From Acutalibacteraceae bacterium (lineage in GTDB: Bacteria > Bacillota > Clostridia > Oscillospirales > Acutalibacteraceae), in contig JAZRTP010000031.1 in the NCBI GenBank assembly GCA_045652105.1, forward strand, positions 23,011 to 87,010: a stretch of DNA of 64,000 nt. Reading direction: 5' to 3'. The position numbers and the translations under genes were made by a program. Positions 24,693 to 33,469 of this stretch are shown one piece after another; position 1 is the stretch's first letter; every line of letters begins with the position of its first letter. Under the pieces are notes generated by a model, which saw only the letters and a program-made list of their open reading frames with translations, ran no database searches and was not told the origin of the DNA.

Positions 24693-25979
24693 ATGAAGGA
24701 AAAAAAGGTAAAGGACAAGGCAGCGGAACCCAGAACAAATTTTAATGTTGCTGTGAGAAAAAAGGACACCTATGATCTGCTTACAGACATCATTGATATT
24801 TCTGTGATCAAGGATACTGATGTTGAAAAGTTTGCTGAAGGACTTGCGACGGTAAGAAATGATGTAGGCACCGCATGGGAAAATTTTTTCCCCGGATTCA
24901 GAGAGCAGTTTAAAGATATGCGTCCCCGTATTAAAAATAAGGATATTGAAGAGGGACTCGGTGTTGAAGAAAGTACAGTCACAAGATTCAAGCACTCCGT
25001 TCCTGCCAAGCGCAGCCAGCTTATCGGTCTTTGCATTATGTACAAGCAGGATTTAGCCAACACAAGAGAAATTATCACCAGATTTGAATACCGTGATTTC
25101 AGTACCACTGATCTGGATGATTGCATTTATACATATATTCTGAGCAACAACACAGAGCATCGTACTCCGAAGGCAACCTTTGAAAGAATAAAAAATATTC
25201 TTGACTTTAAGATTGCCGAGGCTGAAAGCGCTCAGCAGCTTATTGAAAAGGATGAGTATATTTTGCCGGATGGCAAGATTGTCTACAGAAACAGAGCTCT
25301 TACGCTGTCAGCAAATAAGATGGCAGATTTTGAAAAGGAGCTTACTGAGTCTCTGACCGGCTTTGACAGCTTCTGTGATTTCGTTGTCAGAAACAGAGCT
25401 TATCTCGGAAAAGAAGATGACAGAATTATCAGAAGAATTAAAAAGATGGTTTCAAAGGCTGAAAATCCCGACACCGAAGCTTCTCAGAGCTTTGCAAATT
25501 CTCTTTTCAAAAACAAGAGCTTCCGCGAAAAGTTTTACAGAGTAATCGAAGGCCGAGTTCCCATTACCCGTGACTTTCTTATTCTTCTTTGCCTTCATCT
25601 TAAAAAAGGCAGAGCAGATATTGACGAAATGCTTACAAAGGCTGGCTACAGCATTCTTTTCCGCAAGGATCTTCTTGACTTGATGCTTATTTATATCTGT
25701 GAATGGCTTTATGTAAAAGCTCCTGCTGTTTTCACCAACGATCTTACCGAATATATGGAAACTGTTCTGACGGAGCCTGAAACCCCCGAGGAGACGTTGA
25801 AAAGAGAAATGGAAGCAAAAATTCTCTTTGATGAAGTTATGAATAAGGGCTATACAAATTATCTTGATAAAAAAATGGGTGAGATTCTTTCGATGGAGTC
25901 TGTTGTGGATGCTTACGGAAACAATGATGTTATGAAAGGAATCGAAGCCTTCAGAAGTCTTCTTGTAACGGAGGATTAA
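24693..25979 (+). CDS. 428-aa cytosolic protein with two Xre-like helix-turn-helix segments (operon gene 1)
   Basis: I prefer the ATG at 24693 (AAGGAGAG RBS). The HTH-like stretches are KDIEEGLGVEESTVTRFKHSVPAKRSQLIGLCIMYKQDL and GRVPITRDFLILLCLHLKKGRADIDEMLTKAGY. There is no TM segment. Confidence 0.55.
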   Translation: MKEKKVKDKAAEPRTNFNVAVRKKDTYDLLTDIIDISVIKDTDVEKFAEGLATVRNDVGTAWENFFPGFREQFKDMRPRIKNKDIEEGLGVEESTVTRFKHSVPAKRSQLIGLCIMYKQDLANTREIITRFEYRDFSTTDLDDCIYTYILSNNTEHRTPKATFERIKNILDFKIAEAESAQQLIEKDEYILPDGKIVYRNRALTLSANKMADFEKELTESLTGFDSFCDFVVRNRAYLGKEDDRIIRRIKKMVSKAENPDTEASQSFANSLFKNKSFREKFYRVIEGRVPITRDFLILLCLHLKKGRADIDEMLTKAGYSILFRKDLLDLMLIYICEWLYVKAPAVFTNDLTEYMETVLTEPETPEETLKREMEAKILFDEVMNKGYTNYLDKKMGEILSMESVVDAYGNNDVMKGIEAFRSLLVTED

Positions 25980-25980
25980 T

Positions 25981-27525
25981 ATGCTTTCAATTTACAGCTC
26001 TTTGCTTAACCGCATCTATGCACACGGCGGAAAAATGAAGACTCACGTTGTTCTTCATTCCAGCTGTGTGCTGGACGGAGAAATGGATAAACTGTTTTCA
26101 GACAGTCTCATATCAAATTTTTATACATTTTATATGTTTGAAGACAGCCGATATGAAGCCCTTCTTCTCAGAAAAAGCAAAATCGGCAGTATTTCACGGA
26201 ATGCTCATCTGCTTACAGCCAACACAGAAGTGTTTGAGGGCATCAACCTTCGTGACTGCTACGGAAAAAAAAGAACAGTCTATAAAATTATTGATATGTT
26301 CAGTCCCTCTGCTGAGAACCGTACTGTTTTTGCATTCTGCGATCCCTCGGCGGCAGAAGAGTTCGTCACAAATGTTGTGCCCGGTGTAAGAGAAAAGTTT
26401 GAGGCGGTTAATAATAATATTGATTATTCGGGTTATGAGCATCTGAGTATTCTGTGCTTCAATTACTTTGGCGGTGCTCTTGACATCGGCAGCTCTTATA
26501 CCTCACCGCTTAAGCTGAAATATTTTTCGGCAGGTAACTTTGATCTCTGGCATATGAGAGAAAAGCCGCAGATTATCAATACTGTTGATACAAACGGCTT
26601 CAGCACAGAAATGTCACAGTTTTTTTATATAAACGGTAACAAGATTGCCTGTGTCAGCAGAAAGAGTCTTAAGCGCATTTATCAGGGCAGCTTTGCCGAA
26701 ATTTATGAAATAGACGGTGTTGATGAGTTGAAGGGAAAGCTTATCAAGATTCTTAAAAATCCTCCTTCAGATGAAAACTTTGCAAGATATATATCGGGAC
26801 TTTCAAGATTCAGAAGAATCTTTGGTGACCGCATTGCTTTTCCCGAGGCTGCGGTTTATGATGAAAAAAGCAGATTCTGCGGCTTTATGATGAGTAAGGC
26901 TGACTGTTTTCAGTTGAATGATCTGCCCGATTATGTCGGTTTTCGTGACTTTGACTCGGACCGTATTGAAAGCCATCTGCTTGAATGCGGCCGCTACGCT
27001 TCAGAGATAGCTTTGCTTTTGCTTGAAATGAGGCTCTTCGGTCTTTCAATGACAGATATTTCCGGCAGAAATATCTGCTTCAGAAAAAAGGATAACAGTG
27101 TATTTTTGGTTGATGCAGACAGCATTGAGTTTCAGGGCTTTATTTTCGGAGAGTGGTTCTGCACTCCCGGATATTCATGTGAAAACATTTCCCGCTGCGG
27201 CAAAAGGGAATATTATTTCCTTGCTAATTTTATGGAATTTTCACTGTCGGTGCTTCTTTTCCGTCTTTATTTCCGTTCAAATCCCCTTGTGAACAACGGA
27301 GCTGATTTTGATACAGATTATGAGGACTGGAAGCAGGCTTTACAGTCTCCCTTTAAAATCAACAAAATCTCCTCAGACAGTGCCTATCTTGCCCGTCTTC
27401 CTGAAAAAGTCTGGTGTAAAAGCTTCAGCGATGAGCAAAGAAGGGCATTCATCAAGTCCTTTAATGATGAAAAGATTTATACCATAGGTCAGTGGATAAA
27501 AATATTGGATTTAATTTCGGAGTAA
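25981..27525 (+). CDS. 514-aa protein: unknown N-terminal domain + divergent protein-kinase-like C-terminal domain (operon gene 2)
   Basis: The start is 1 nt after the previous stop. Motifs occur in kinase order: QGSFAEIYEI, KLIKILK, MTDISGRNICF (D-x4-N), FLVDADSIEF, TPGYSCEN. Confidence 0.5.
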   Translation: MLSIYSSLLNRIYAHGGKMKTHVVLHSSCVLDGEMDKLFSDSLISNFYTFYMFEDSRYEALLLRKSKIGSISRNAHLLTANTEVFEGINLRDCYGKKRTVYKIIDMFSPSAENRTVFAFCDPSAAEEFVTNVVPGVREKFEAVNNNIDYSGYEHLSILCFNYFGGALDIGSSYTSPLKLKYFSAGNFDLWHMREKPQIINTVDTNGFSTEMSQFFYINGNKIACVSRKSLKRIYQGSFAEIYEIDGVDELKGKLIKILKNPPSDENFARYISGLSRFRRIFGDRIAFPEAAVYDEKSRFCGFMMSKADCFQLNDLPDYVGFRDFDSDRIESHLLECGRYASEIALLLLEMRLFGLSMTDISGRNICFRKKDNSVFLVDADSIEFQGFIFGEWFCTPGYSCENISRCGKREYYFLANFMEFSLSVLLFRLYFRSNPLVNNGADFDTDYEDWKQALQSPFKINKISSDSAYLARLPEKVWCKSFSDEQRRAFIKSFNDEKIYTIGQWIKILDLISE

Positions 27526-27528
27526 AAT

Positions 27529-28164
27529 ATGAAAAGAGATATATTTATTGTTGTTGACAAAACGGCAGTTCCGAAGGAAACAGATTCTTACAGACTCAGA
27601 AAAAACTTCGAGGATATAATCAGAGCTATACCTCACGGCTTCAGCTTTCTGAATACGGAGGTGGACTATTCAGTCAGTCTTCTGAGCTTTTCTGATAAGT
27701 TTTCACCTGATGTGAATATTCATGACAGATTTCTGTCTGTTTCAAATGAGCCGGATATTGCAGCCGTTGCCAATGCGGAAAAAGCTGATATGCTCGTGCC
27801 CTGGGGACCGATAAGAGCCTGCATTGATATGGGTCTTTCAGAATACCGCAGATGCCTGTTGAAGAAAATCAGCATCAAGCCGCCCGTTATCATTTTAATC
27901 AGCGGCGGAGATTTCTGTAAAAGCTCCCGTACAGAATATTTTTCTGAAAGATGGGGCAGTCTCACTGATGAGCTGAGGTTTTACGAAAAAACGGGTATGC
28001 TCGAAATCAAGGCTGTTGCAATTTCATCAAAAGATGGTTTCTTTAACGACAAATATATTTCAGCCTTATCTCTAAAGGCTGAAAATGTTATTTCCGTTAA
28101 TCTTGATTCAGACCGAAAGGTTATAATTGAAACAATGAAAAGAATATACAGACAGGAGATATGA
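27529..28164 (+). CDS. 211-aa vWA-like protein with a degenerate MIDAS (operon gene 3)
   Basis: The beta1 position reads IFIVVDKTAVP (DKTAV in place of DxSxS). The later position reads PPVIILISGGDF where L(T/S)DG is expected. Its size and beta-alpha periodicity parallel the next gene. Confidence 0.45.
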   Translation: MKRDIFIVVDKTAVPKETDSYRLRKNFEDIIRAIPHGFSFLNTEVDYSVSLLSFSDKFSPDVNIHDRFLSVSNEPDIAAVANAEKADMLVPWGPIRACIDMGLSEYRRCLLKKISIKPPVIILISGGDFCKSSRTEYFSERWGSLTDELRFYEKTGMLEIKAVAISSKDGFFNDKYISALSLKAENVISVNLDSDRKVIIETMKRIYRQEI

Positions 28165-28168
28165 AAAA

Positions 28169-28927
28169 ATGAGATATATGGATCTTATTGTTGTGGCTGA
28201 CCGATCAACATCCCTTGATCAGCATATTGTTAAAGTCAATACTATTCTCAGCTATATCAGAAATTTAATCAAATTCAATCCTCTTTTTGCCGGTGTATAT
28301 CTTTCTGTTTTGCAGTTCCCTGTCAGGCCCGGTGAGGATCCCTTTTACATCAAGGGTCTGTTTGCCGGAAATGACCAGTCAGACGGCCCAATCAAACTGA
28401 CCGCCTGGGGTAACACAAATCCCGCAGCTGTACTTAACAAGGCGGCAGAATATGCCCTGGAGCGTTACGATGCTCTTAAGAGTGATGAAAATTTAAGAGG
28501 TGCGGAAATTGCCCACCCTCTGATTATTTTCTTAAACGACGGAAGACTCAGCGCCGGAACCGACACCGAAGGCGGTACCGTTGACCCTGAAGAGCAGCTG
28601 ATTGTTGAAAAAGCATATGATTTGGTCTGTGAAAAAATCAGACGCCTTGAAGCACAGAGAAAGTTTCAGGTAAGAGCCTTCGGTATGGGAAGCGCTGATA
28701 TAGCCTCTTTGAAAAAACTCACAGGCAAAGAGGAATATACCTATGACTTTACAGATGGCAGCTTAGAAAATTATGACCTTACCAATATGCTCGCTCAGTT
28801 GTGTGCCAAGGTCTTTGAGGCAACCAGCAAATATATCGGAGCAGGTGATATGGCCGCAAAACAGGTTGTTGAGCTGACCCCCGAGCTGAGAGAGACCATC
28901 GGCGGCATTCTGGCTAACTTAATTTAA
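28169..28927 (+). CDS. 252-aa vWA (TerY-like) protein with an intact MIDAS (operon gene 4)
   Basis: LIVVADRSTSLD gives DxSxS at 28199..28213. GNTNPAA supplies the MIDAS Thr region and LIIFLNDGRLS the Asp position. Confidence 0.65.
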   Translation: MRYMDLIVVADRSTSLDQHIVKVNTILSYIRNLIKFNPLFAGVYLSVLQFPVRPGEDPFYIKGLFAGNDQSDGPIKLTAWGNTNPAAVLNKAAEYALERYDALKSDENLRGAEIAHPLIIFLNDGRLSAGTDTEGGTVDPEEQLIVEKAYDLVCEKIRRLEAQRKFQVRAFGMGSADIASLKKLTGKEEYTYDFTDGSLENYDLTNMLAQLCAKVFEATSKYIGAGDMAAKQVVELTPELRETIGGILANLI

Positions 28928-28942
28928 GCAGAGGTTGATAGT

Positions 28943-30742
28943 ATGCGAATACTTAATTTTTTAGGACAAGGACGTTATCATACGGAAAAAGAAATTCCTT
29001 GTCAGGACAGCCTTCTTTACCGTCAGACAAAAAACGGCAGATGGGTGTTTGCAGTTTCCGACGGCTGCAGCTCAAGTAAATTTTCTCACTTCGGTTCAAA
29101 AGCTGTTGTGAAGGCTGTTGCAGATTTCTTTGAAAATTACGAAGGAGAGCTTTCGGACAGTAATCTTAAGCAGGAGCTTCTTGATTATATGGTTGAAAGA
29201 CTTAAAGCGAAGGGCAGACAGCTGAGGACTTATGACCTGAGCGACCTTTATGCAACAGTTGTTTTTCTCGTTTCGGAAAAAGGTAAATTTCTTGCGGGAC
29301 ACATTGGTGATGGTGCATTGGTATGCTTCGGTGAAGCGGAAAGACTGTTCATTTCCGACCCTGAAAATGCGGGAGCTGCAAACGTAACCTATTTTGTGGG
29401 CAGTGAGTCCGCCGGAAATCATTTTCACCTTTCCCTTATTGATGCCGAGGGTGAAAATCAGCTGAGAAACCTTATTCTCTTTTCCGACGGTCCGCAAAAA
29501 ATGTTTGCGGAAAAGGGAAGAGGTGATATTACAAAGGGTGTCACTGAAATCATTTCAAAGGTCAGGGCGGAAGAAATTAATTCCTACAAGTCTCTGAAGG
29601 AATATCTTTTCGGTCAGGCTGTCACATCAATTTATGACATTGACGACGACTGGTCGCTGATTGTTGTTGATACTGAGCTTGACGAAGCAGAAAAAGAAGC
29701 TGATTTCAAGGCTGATCATATGACCTTGTCCTTTTATGAAAAATATCTTGAGCAGAATCCCGACGCGGCAGCTTATGTTATTCCGAAAATCAATAAATTC
29801 AGGGCAGAGCTGAATCTGGAGCCTCTTGCCGCACCCAAAAATAAGGAGTTGTCCTTTGAGGCTCTTTTTGAAAAGCTTCAATCAGAGTATGACTCTGCGG
29901 GTAAGAAAAATTCCCTTGAATCAAAGGATGTATCCTTTGAAAATGTAAATGCACCTCAGAAATATGTGCCCTCTGAAAAAGGGAAGACATCCGTTAAGGC
30001 TGATGAGGCTCAGCATAAGGAAACTGAAATTTCCGGTCAGGACATAGAAGATGATGTCTTTGAAAAATTATGGAAGCAGGCTTGGAGTGTTCAGACGGCT
30101 GTTGAAGAAGCGGGACATTTTGAACCTGTCACGTCGGAGAAAGAGGATGAGAAGACGGATGATGAAATCAGCGGCTTTTTGGAGGATTTTATTCAGGCTC
30201 TGAACACAGCTTCCGAAATGAAGCCGTCTCAGTCTGTCAGTCCGGCAGAAGCTGAAGAGCCTTGCGGGAAGTCGGAAACGGAAAATGTCTCCTTTGAAGA
30301 AAGACTCGAAAAAATCCGTGCAAATGCTCATGTAGCTGAGGCAGAGGATTCTGAAATAAAGACAGCTCAGTCTCAGGTGAAGCCGAAAACTGAAAAACAG
30401 TCAGTACCCGATGAAAAACAGAGTGTCGGGGCTGATGCTCCCTCACAAGAGGCTGAAGCCAAGGTTAAAGCTGCTGATGTGAAAAGACAGGGATTTGAAA
30501 AAATTTCCGTTGCGCCGGAAAGTATAGCAAACTTTCTTGCTCCCGACGAAAGCAATAATTATGACAGTGATGCCTTTTTCGGTCAGCGGGAGAATGAGAA
30601 AAAGGCGGGGAGATTAAAAAGCTTCTTTAAAGAACGTTTCAGAAGAGTTACCTCTGAAATTTATGATGAGGATGAAGACGAAGAAGAGGACGAGGATTTT
30701 TACGAAATCTTTGACGATGATTTTGAAGAACAGGAGGAATGA
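28943..30742 (+). CDS. PP2C-family (PP2C_2-like) Ser/Thr phosphatase fused to a ~350-aa acidic low-complexity tail (operon gene 5)
   Basis: Phosphatase motifs EIPCQDS, FAVSDGCSSS, GHIGDGALV and LILFSDGP are present. The tail is rich in E/D/K/S and ends DEDEDEEEDEDFYEIFDDDFEEQEE. Confidence 0.75.
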   Translation: MRILNFLGQGRYHTEKEIPCQDSLLYRQTKNGRWVFAVSDGCSSSKFSHFGSKAVVKAVADFFENYEGELSDSNLKQELLDYMVERLKAKGRQLRTYDLSDLYATVVFLVSEKGKFLAGHIGDGALVCFGEAERLFISDPENAGAANVTYFVGSESAGNHFHLSLIDAEGENQLRNLILFSDGPQKMFAEKGRGDITKGVTEIISKVRAEEINSYKSLKEYLFGQAVTSIYDIDDDWSLIVVDTELDEAEKEADFKADHMTLSFYEKYLEQNPDAAAYVIPKINKFRAELNLEPLAAPKNKELSFEALFEKLQSEYDSAGKKNSLESKDVSFENVNAPQKYVPSEKGKTSVKADEAQHKETEISGQDIEDDVFEKLWKQAWSVQTAVEEAGHFEPVTSEKEDEKTDDEISGFLEDFIQALNTASEMKPSQSVSPAEAEEPCGKSETENVSFEERLEKIRANAHVAEAEDSEIKTAQSQVKPKTEKQSVPDEKQSVGADAPSQEAEAKVKAADVKRQGFEKISVAPESIANFLAPDESNNYDSDAFFGQRENEKKAGRLKSFFKERFRRVTSEIYDEDEDEEEDEDFYEIFDDDFEEQEE

Positions 30743-30745
30743 TAA

Positions 30746-32542
30746 ATGGATTTAAGTACAAAAAAAAGCGGAAGTGTTATTGTAACTAAGGATGAGATAA
30801 AGGATATTTTCAACAATCATTATATGCAATTCAAAAAGAAAACCGGAGGTGATCACTCCTGGAGAGTTGATAAAAGAACCGATTTCGGCGGCGGTTTTTC
30901 TGATATTTACAAAATTAAAAACAGTGTGGGAGAGAAAGGCATCCTCAAGGTTCTTTCGGCAAAAAGAACTGTAAACAACGGTGAAAATATAGAGGCGTCA
31001 AAAATCTTTTCGATTGCTTATAATGAAATTTTCACAATGAGGCTTTTCACCTTGCTTGAAGATGAATCCGAAGCAAACGCCAGTACTCTCAACGGTTATT
31101 ATGAATACCGCACAACCTATAAAAAGGAAGACGGAACAGAAGCAGATGATTGGATTTTCTTTATCATTATGCCTGAATATGAAACCCTCGGAAATTGCCG
31201 TTTAAGCAGTGAAAAGGATATTTATGATATTGCTTTATCCATTCTTAAAACCCTCAGAGTTCTTAACGAGCGAGTTAATTACATTGACCTTTATGACTGC
31301 TTCAAAAGAGAAGGGATACTTTCCTTTAATCCGGATTTTTTAAGTGAAAAAGATCTGGAAAATTATAAAAATTTCCGCAGAGTGCTTCATAATGATATAA
31401 AGCCCGATAATATTCTCAAAAAGATTATGGGTAATGATTATGTTACTGTTCTTGCCGATTTCGGTGCAGTGTGCTTTATGGACGATGACGGCAAGGCAAT
31501 TGTCCGCTATGGCTCCAAGCCGTACTTTGATCCTCAGCTTATAAGGAATCGAGGCGTAATAAAAAACGGTGCCACTAACAGTGATATATATTCTCTTGGA
31601 ATCACTCTTCTGAGCCTTTTCTATATTATCGGAAATCTGCCCTTTACAAAAATTTCAAGATATACAAGTAAATTTGCAGATTATGGAGATAAGTTTAAAG
31701 AAGAGGCAGAAAAGGATAAAAACAGTCTGAATCCCGACGTTCTTCAGAAGCCTGAATTTATTTCAGATTTATTCTGGAAGATCATTATGAAAATGATCAG
31801 CAAATTTGAATGGGACAGATTTTCTGATGTCAATCAGGCAATCTCAGCTCTTACAGACCGTGTGGTTGTTTCGAGAATTTCAGAAGAGAACTTTCCTCCT
31901 GAGATTATCGCAAAGACATCTCTCTGGAATCTTCTTCACGAAAACAAAATTTCAGAGTTAAACAAAGTTATTGTTGACGAATACGAAAGACAGAAAGAAG
32001 AAGAAACTGAAAATTATCTTTTTACTGTTCTTTTTGCCTTTGTTTATGCATGTGGTATAAAAGAAGACGACAATGCAGAAGCTAATATTAAAAATGTCAA
32101 GTCTCTTCTTGATCCTTATATGGACGATGGACGCGACGGTGCCTGGTTTGTATATGATATAATTGTTATGCTTGCCAAAAAAAAGGGAATTTTTTCCGGA
32201 AATTCGGAGACTGTCATTGATGCAAGAAAAAATCTCAAGCATCTGTGTAACGTTGGCTTCCTTCCTGCTGTGTATTTTTATATGTCACTGACCGTTCAGG
32301 GCGAACCGGAATATGACGAGAGCTCGGAATATATCCTTAAAAAGCTTGACAATCTGCTCGAATATCCTTACATACCCGGTGTCAGACTTTACCGTGATGT
32401 ACTTAAACGCAATCCTTGTCTTCTGAACCTTGATGATGAAACCAAGGAAAAAAAGCTTGATATAATCAGAATGGAGTTCAAGGATGACATTTCCGATTAT
32501 CTTGCAATTGTCAAATATCTCCTCGAGAACGACAGCAAATAA
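30746..32542 (+). CDS. Soluble Hanks-type Ser/Thr protein kinase with a ~230-aa alpha-helical-repeat C-terminal domain (operon gene 6)
   Basis: Kinase motifs: GGGFSDIYKI (Gly loop), ILKVLS (Lys), HNDIKPDNIL, LADFGAV, SKPYFDPQ, SDIYSLGITLLSL. There is no TM or PASTA domain. Confidence 0.85.
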   Translation: MDLSTKKSGSVIVTKDEIKDIFNNHYMQFKKKTGGDHSWRVDKRTDFGGGFSDIYKIKNSVGEKGILKVLSAKRTVNNGENIEASKIFSIAYNEIFTMRLFTLLEDESEANASTLNGYYEYRTTYKKEDGTEADDWIFFIIMPEYETLGNCRLSSEKDIYDIALSILKTLRVLNERVNYIDLYDCFKREGILSFNPDFLSEKDLENYKNFRRVLHNDIKPDNILKKIMGNDYVTVLADFGAVCFMDDDGKAIVRYGSKPYFDPQLIRNRGVIKNGATNSDIYSLGITLLSLFYIIGNLPFTKISRYTSKFADYGDKFKEEAEKDKNSLNPDVLQKPEFISDLFWKIIMKMISKFEWDRFSDVNQAISALTDRVVVSRISEENFPPEIIAKTSLWNLLHENKISELNKVIVDEYERQKEEETENYLFTVLFAFVYACGIKEDDNAEANIKNVKSLLDPYMDDGRDGAWFVYDIIVMLAKKKGIFSGNSETVIDARKNLKHLCNVGFLPAVYFYMSLTVQGEPEYDESSEYILKKLDNLLEYPYIPGVRLYRDVLKRNPCLLNLDDETKEKKLDIIRMEFKDDISDYLAIVKYLLENDSK

Positions 32543-32546
32543 AAAT

Positions 32547-32582
32547 AAAAACAGATGTAACCGTTAGTTACATCTGTTTTTT
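32547..32582. terminator. Bidirectional rho-independent terminator between the kinase operon and the rluA-family gene
   Basis: AAAACAGATGTAAC-CGTT-AGTTACATCTGTTTT, with A and T runs on either side. Confidence 0.85.
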
Positions 32583-32587
32583 CTTGT

Positions 32588-33469
32588 TCAGTTTTCATTC
32601 TCAAGGCTTTTCAGCAGTTCTGCCATATCCTCAGGCAGCGGAGCCTCAACGGTTATTTCTTCATTTTTTATGGGATGAAGGAAGGTGACCCTGTGGCAGT
32701 GAAGGGCCTGTCTTGAAATTCTTTCGTCAGCCTCACCGTACATGGTGTCACCGTAAAGGGGAGTGCCGAGATAAGCAAAGTGTACTCTTATCTGATGTGT
32801 TCTTCCCGTTTCCAGCTTCACTGCAACAAGAGTGTGTCTGTCGGAAAAGGAAAGGGGAGTGTAATGGGTGACCGCTCTGTCTCCTCTGTCATCTGCCGTG
32901 CGGTAGGTCTTCATCGGGTCGGGTCGGTAAACGGGCTTGTCGATTGTTCCCCTTTCGGTGTATCTGCCCGTCGGTATTGCAAGATATTCCTTTTCGATTT
33001 TGCCCGACAGTCTTGCTGCAATGTGACTGTTGAGGGCGCAGATAACAATACCCGATGTTCCCTTGTCAAGTCTGCCGACGGCACGGAAGGTACGGCTCAT
33101 GCCCTTACGGTGAAAATATCCCGCAACAGCATTTGCCAGTGTATCACCCTGATGGTTATGAGATTCGTGCATGGGAAGACCGGCAGGCTTGTTGATTATG
33201 AGAATATCCTCATCCTCATAAAGAATGTCAAGGGGATAATCAGAGGGCTCTGATGCATTGACATCCTCGGGAAAATTGAGTGTTACCCTGTCACCGAGAT
33301 GTATTATATCAACGGTACGGGCGTGTTCTCCGTTGACAAGAATGCCGTTTTCCACTCTTTTGAGTGACCTGAGAAGACCGACGGATATTTTTACTTGTCC
33401 TCTGAGAAAGCTGATAAGCTTCTTGCCGTGAAAATAGTCGTTGTCAACTGTATATTCAATGGATCTCAT
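32588..33469 (-). CDS. RluA-family (RluD-like) 23S rRNA pseudouridine synthase
   Basis: S4-like N-terminus, the catalytic motif VGRLDKGTSGIVI, and GRTHQIRVH. The start overlaps the pncB stop (TAATG). Confidence 0.85.
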   Translation of the reverse strand: MRSIEYTVDNDYFHGKKLISFLRGQVKISVGLLRSLKRVENGILVNGEHARTVDIIHLGDRVTLNFPEDVNASEPSDYPLDILYEDEDILIINKPAGLPMHESHNHQGDTLANAVAGYFHRKGMSRTFRAVGRLDKGTSGIVICALNSHIAARLSGKIEKEYLAIPTGRYTERGTIDKPVYRPDPMKTYRTADDRGDRAVTHYTPLSFSDRHTLVAVKLETGRTHQIRVHFAYLGTPLYGDTMYGEADERISRQALHCHRVTFLHPIKNEEITVEAPLPEDMAELLKSLENEN

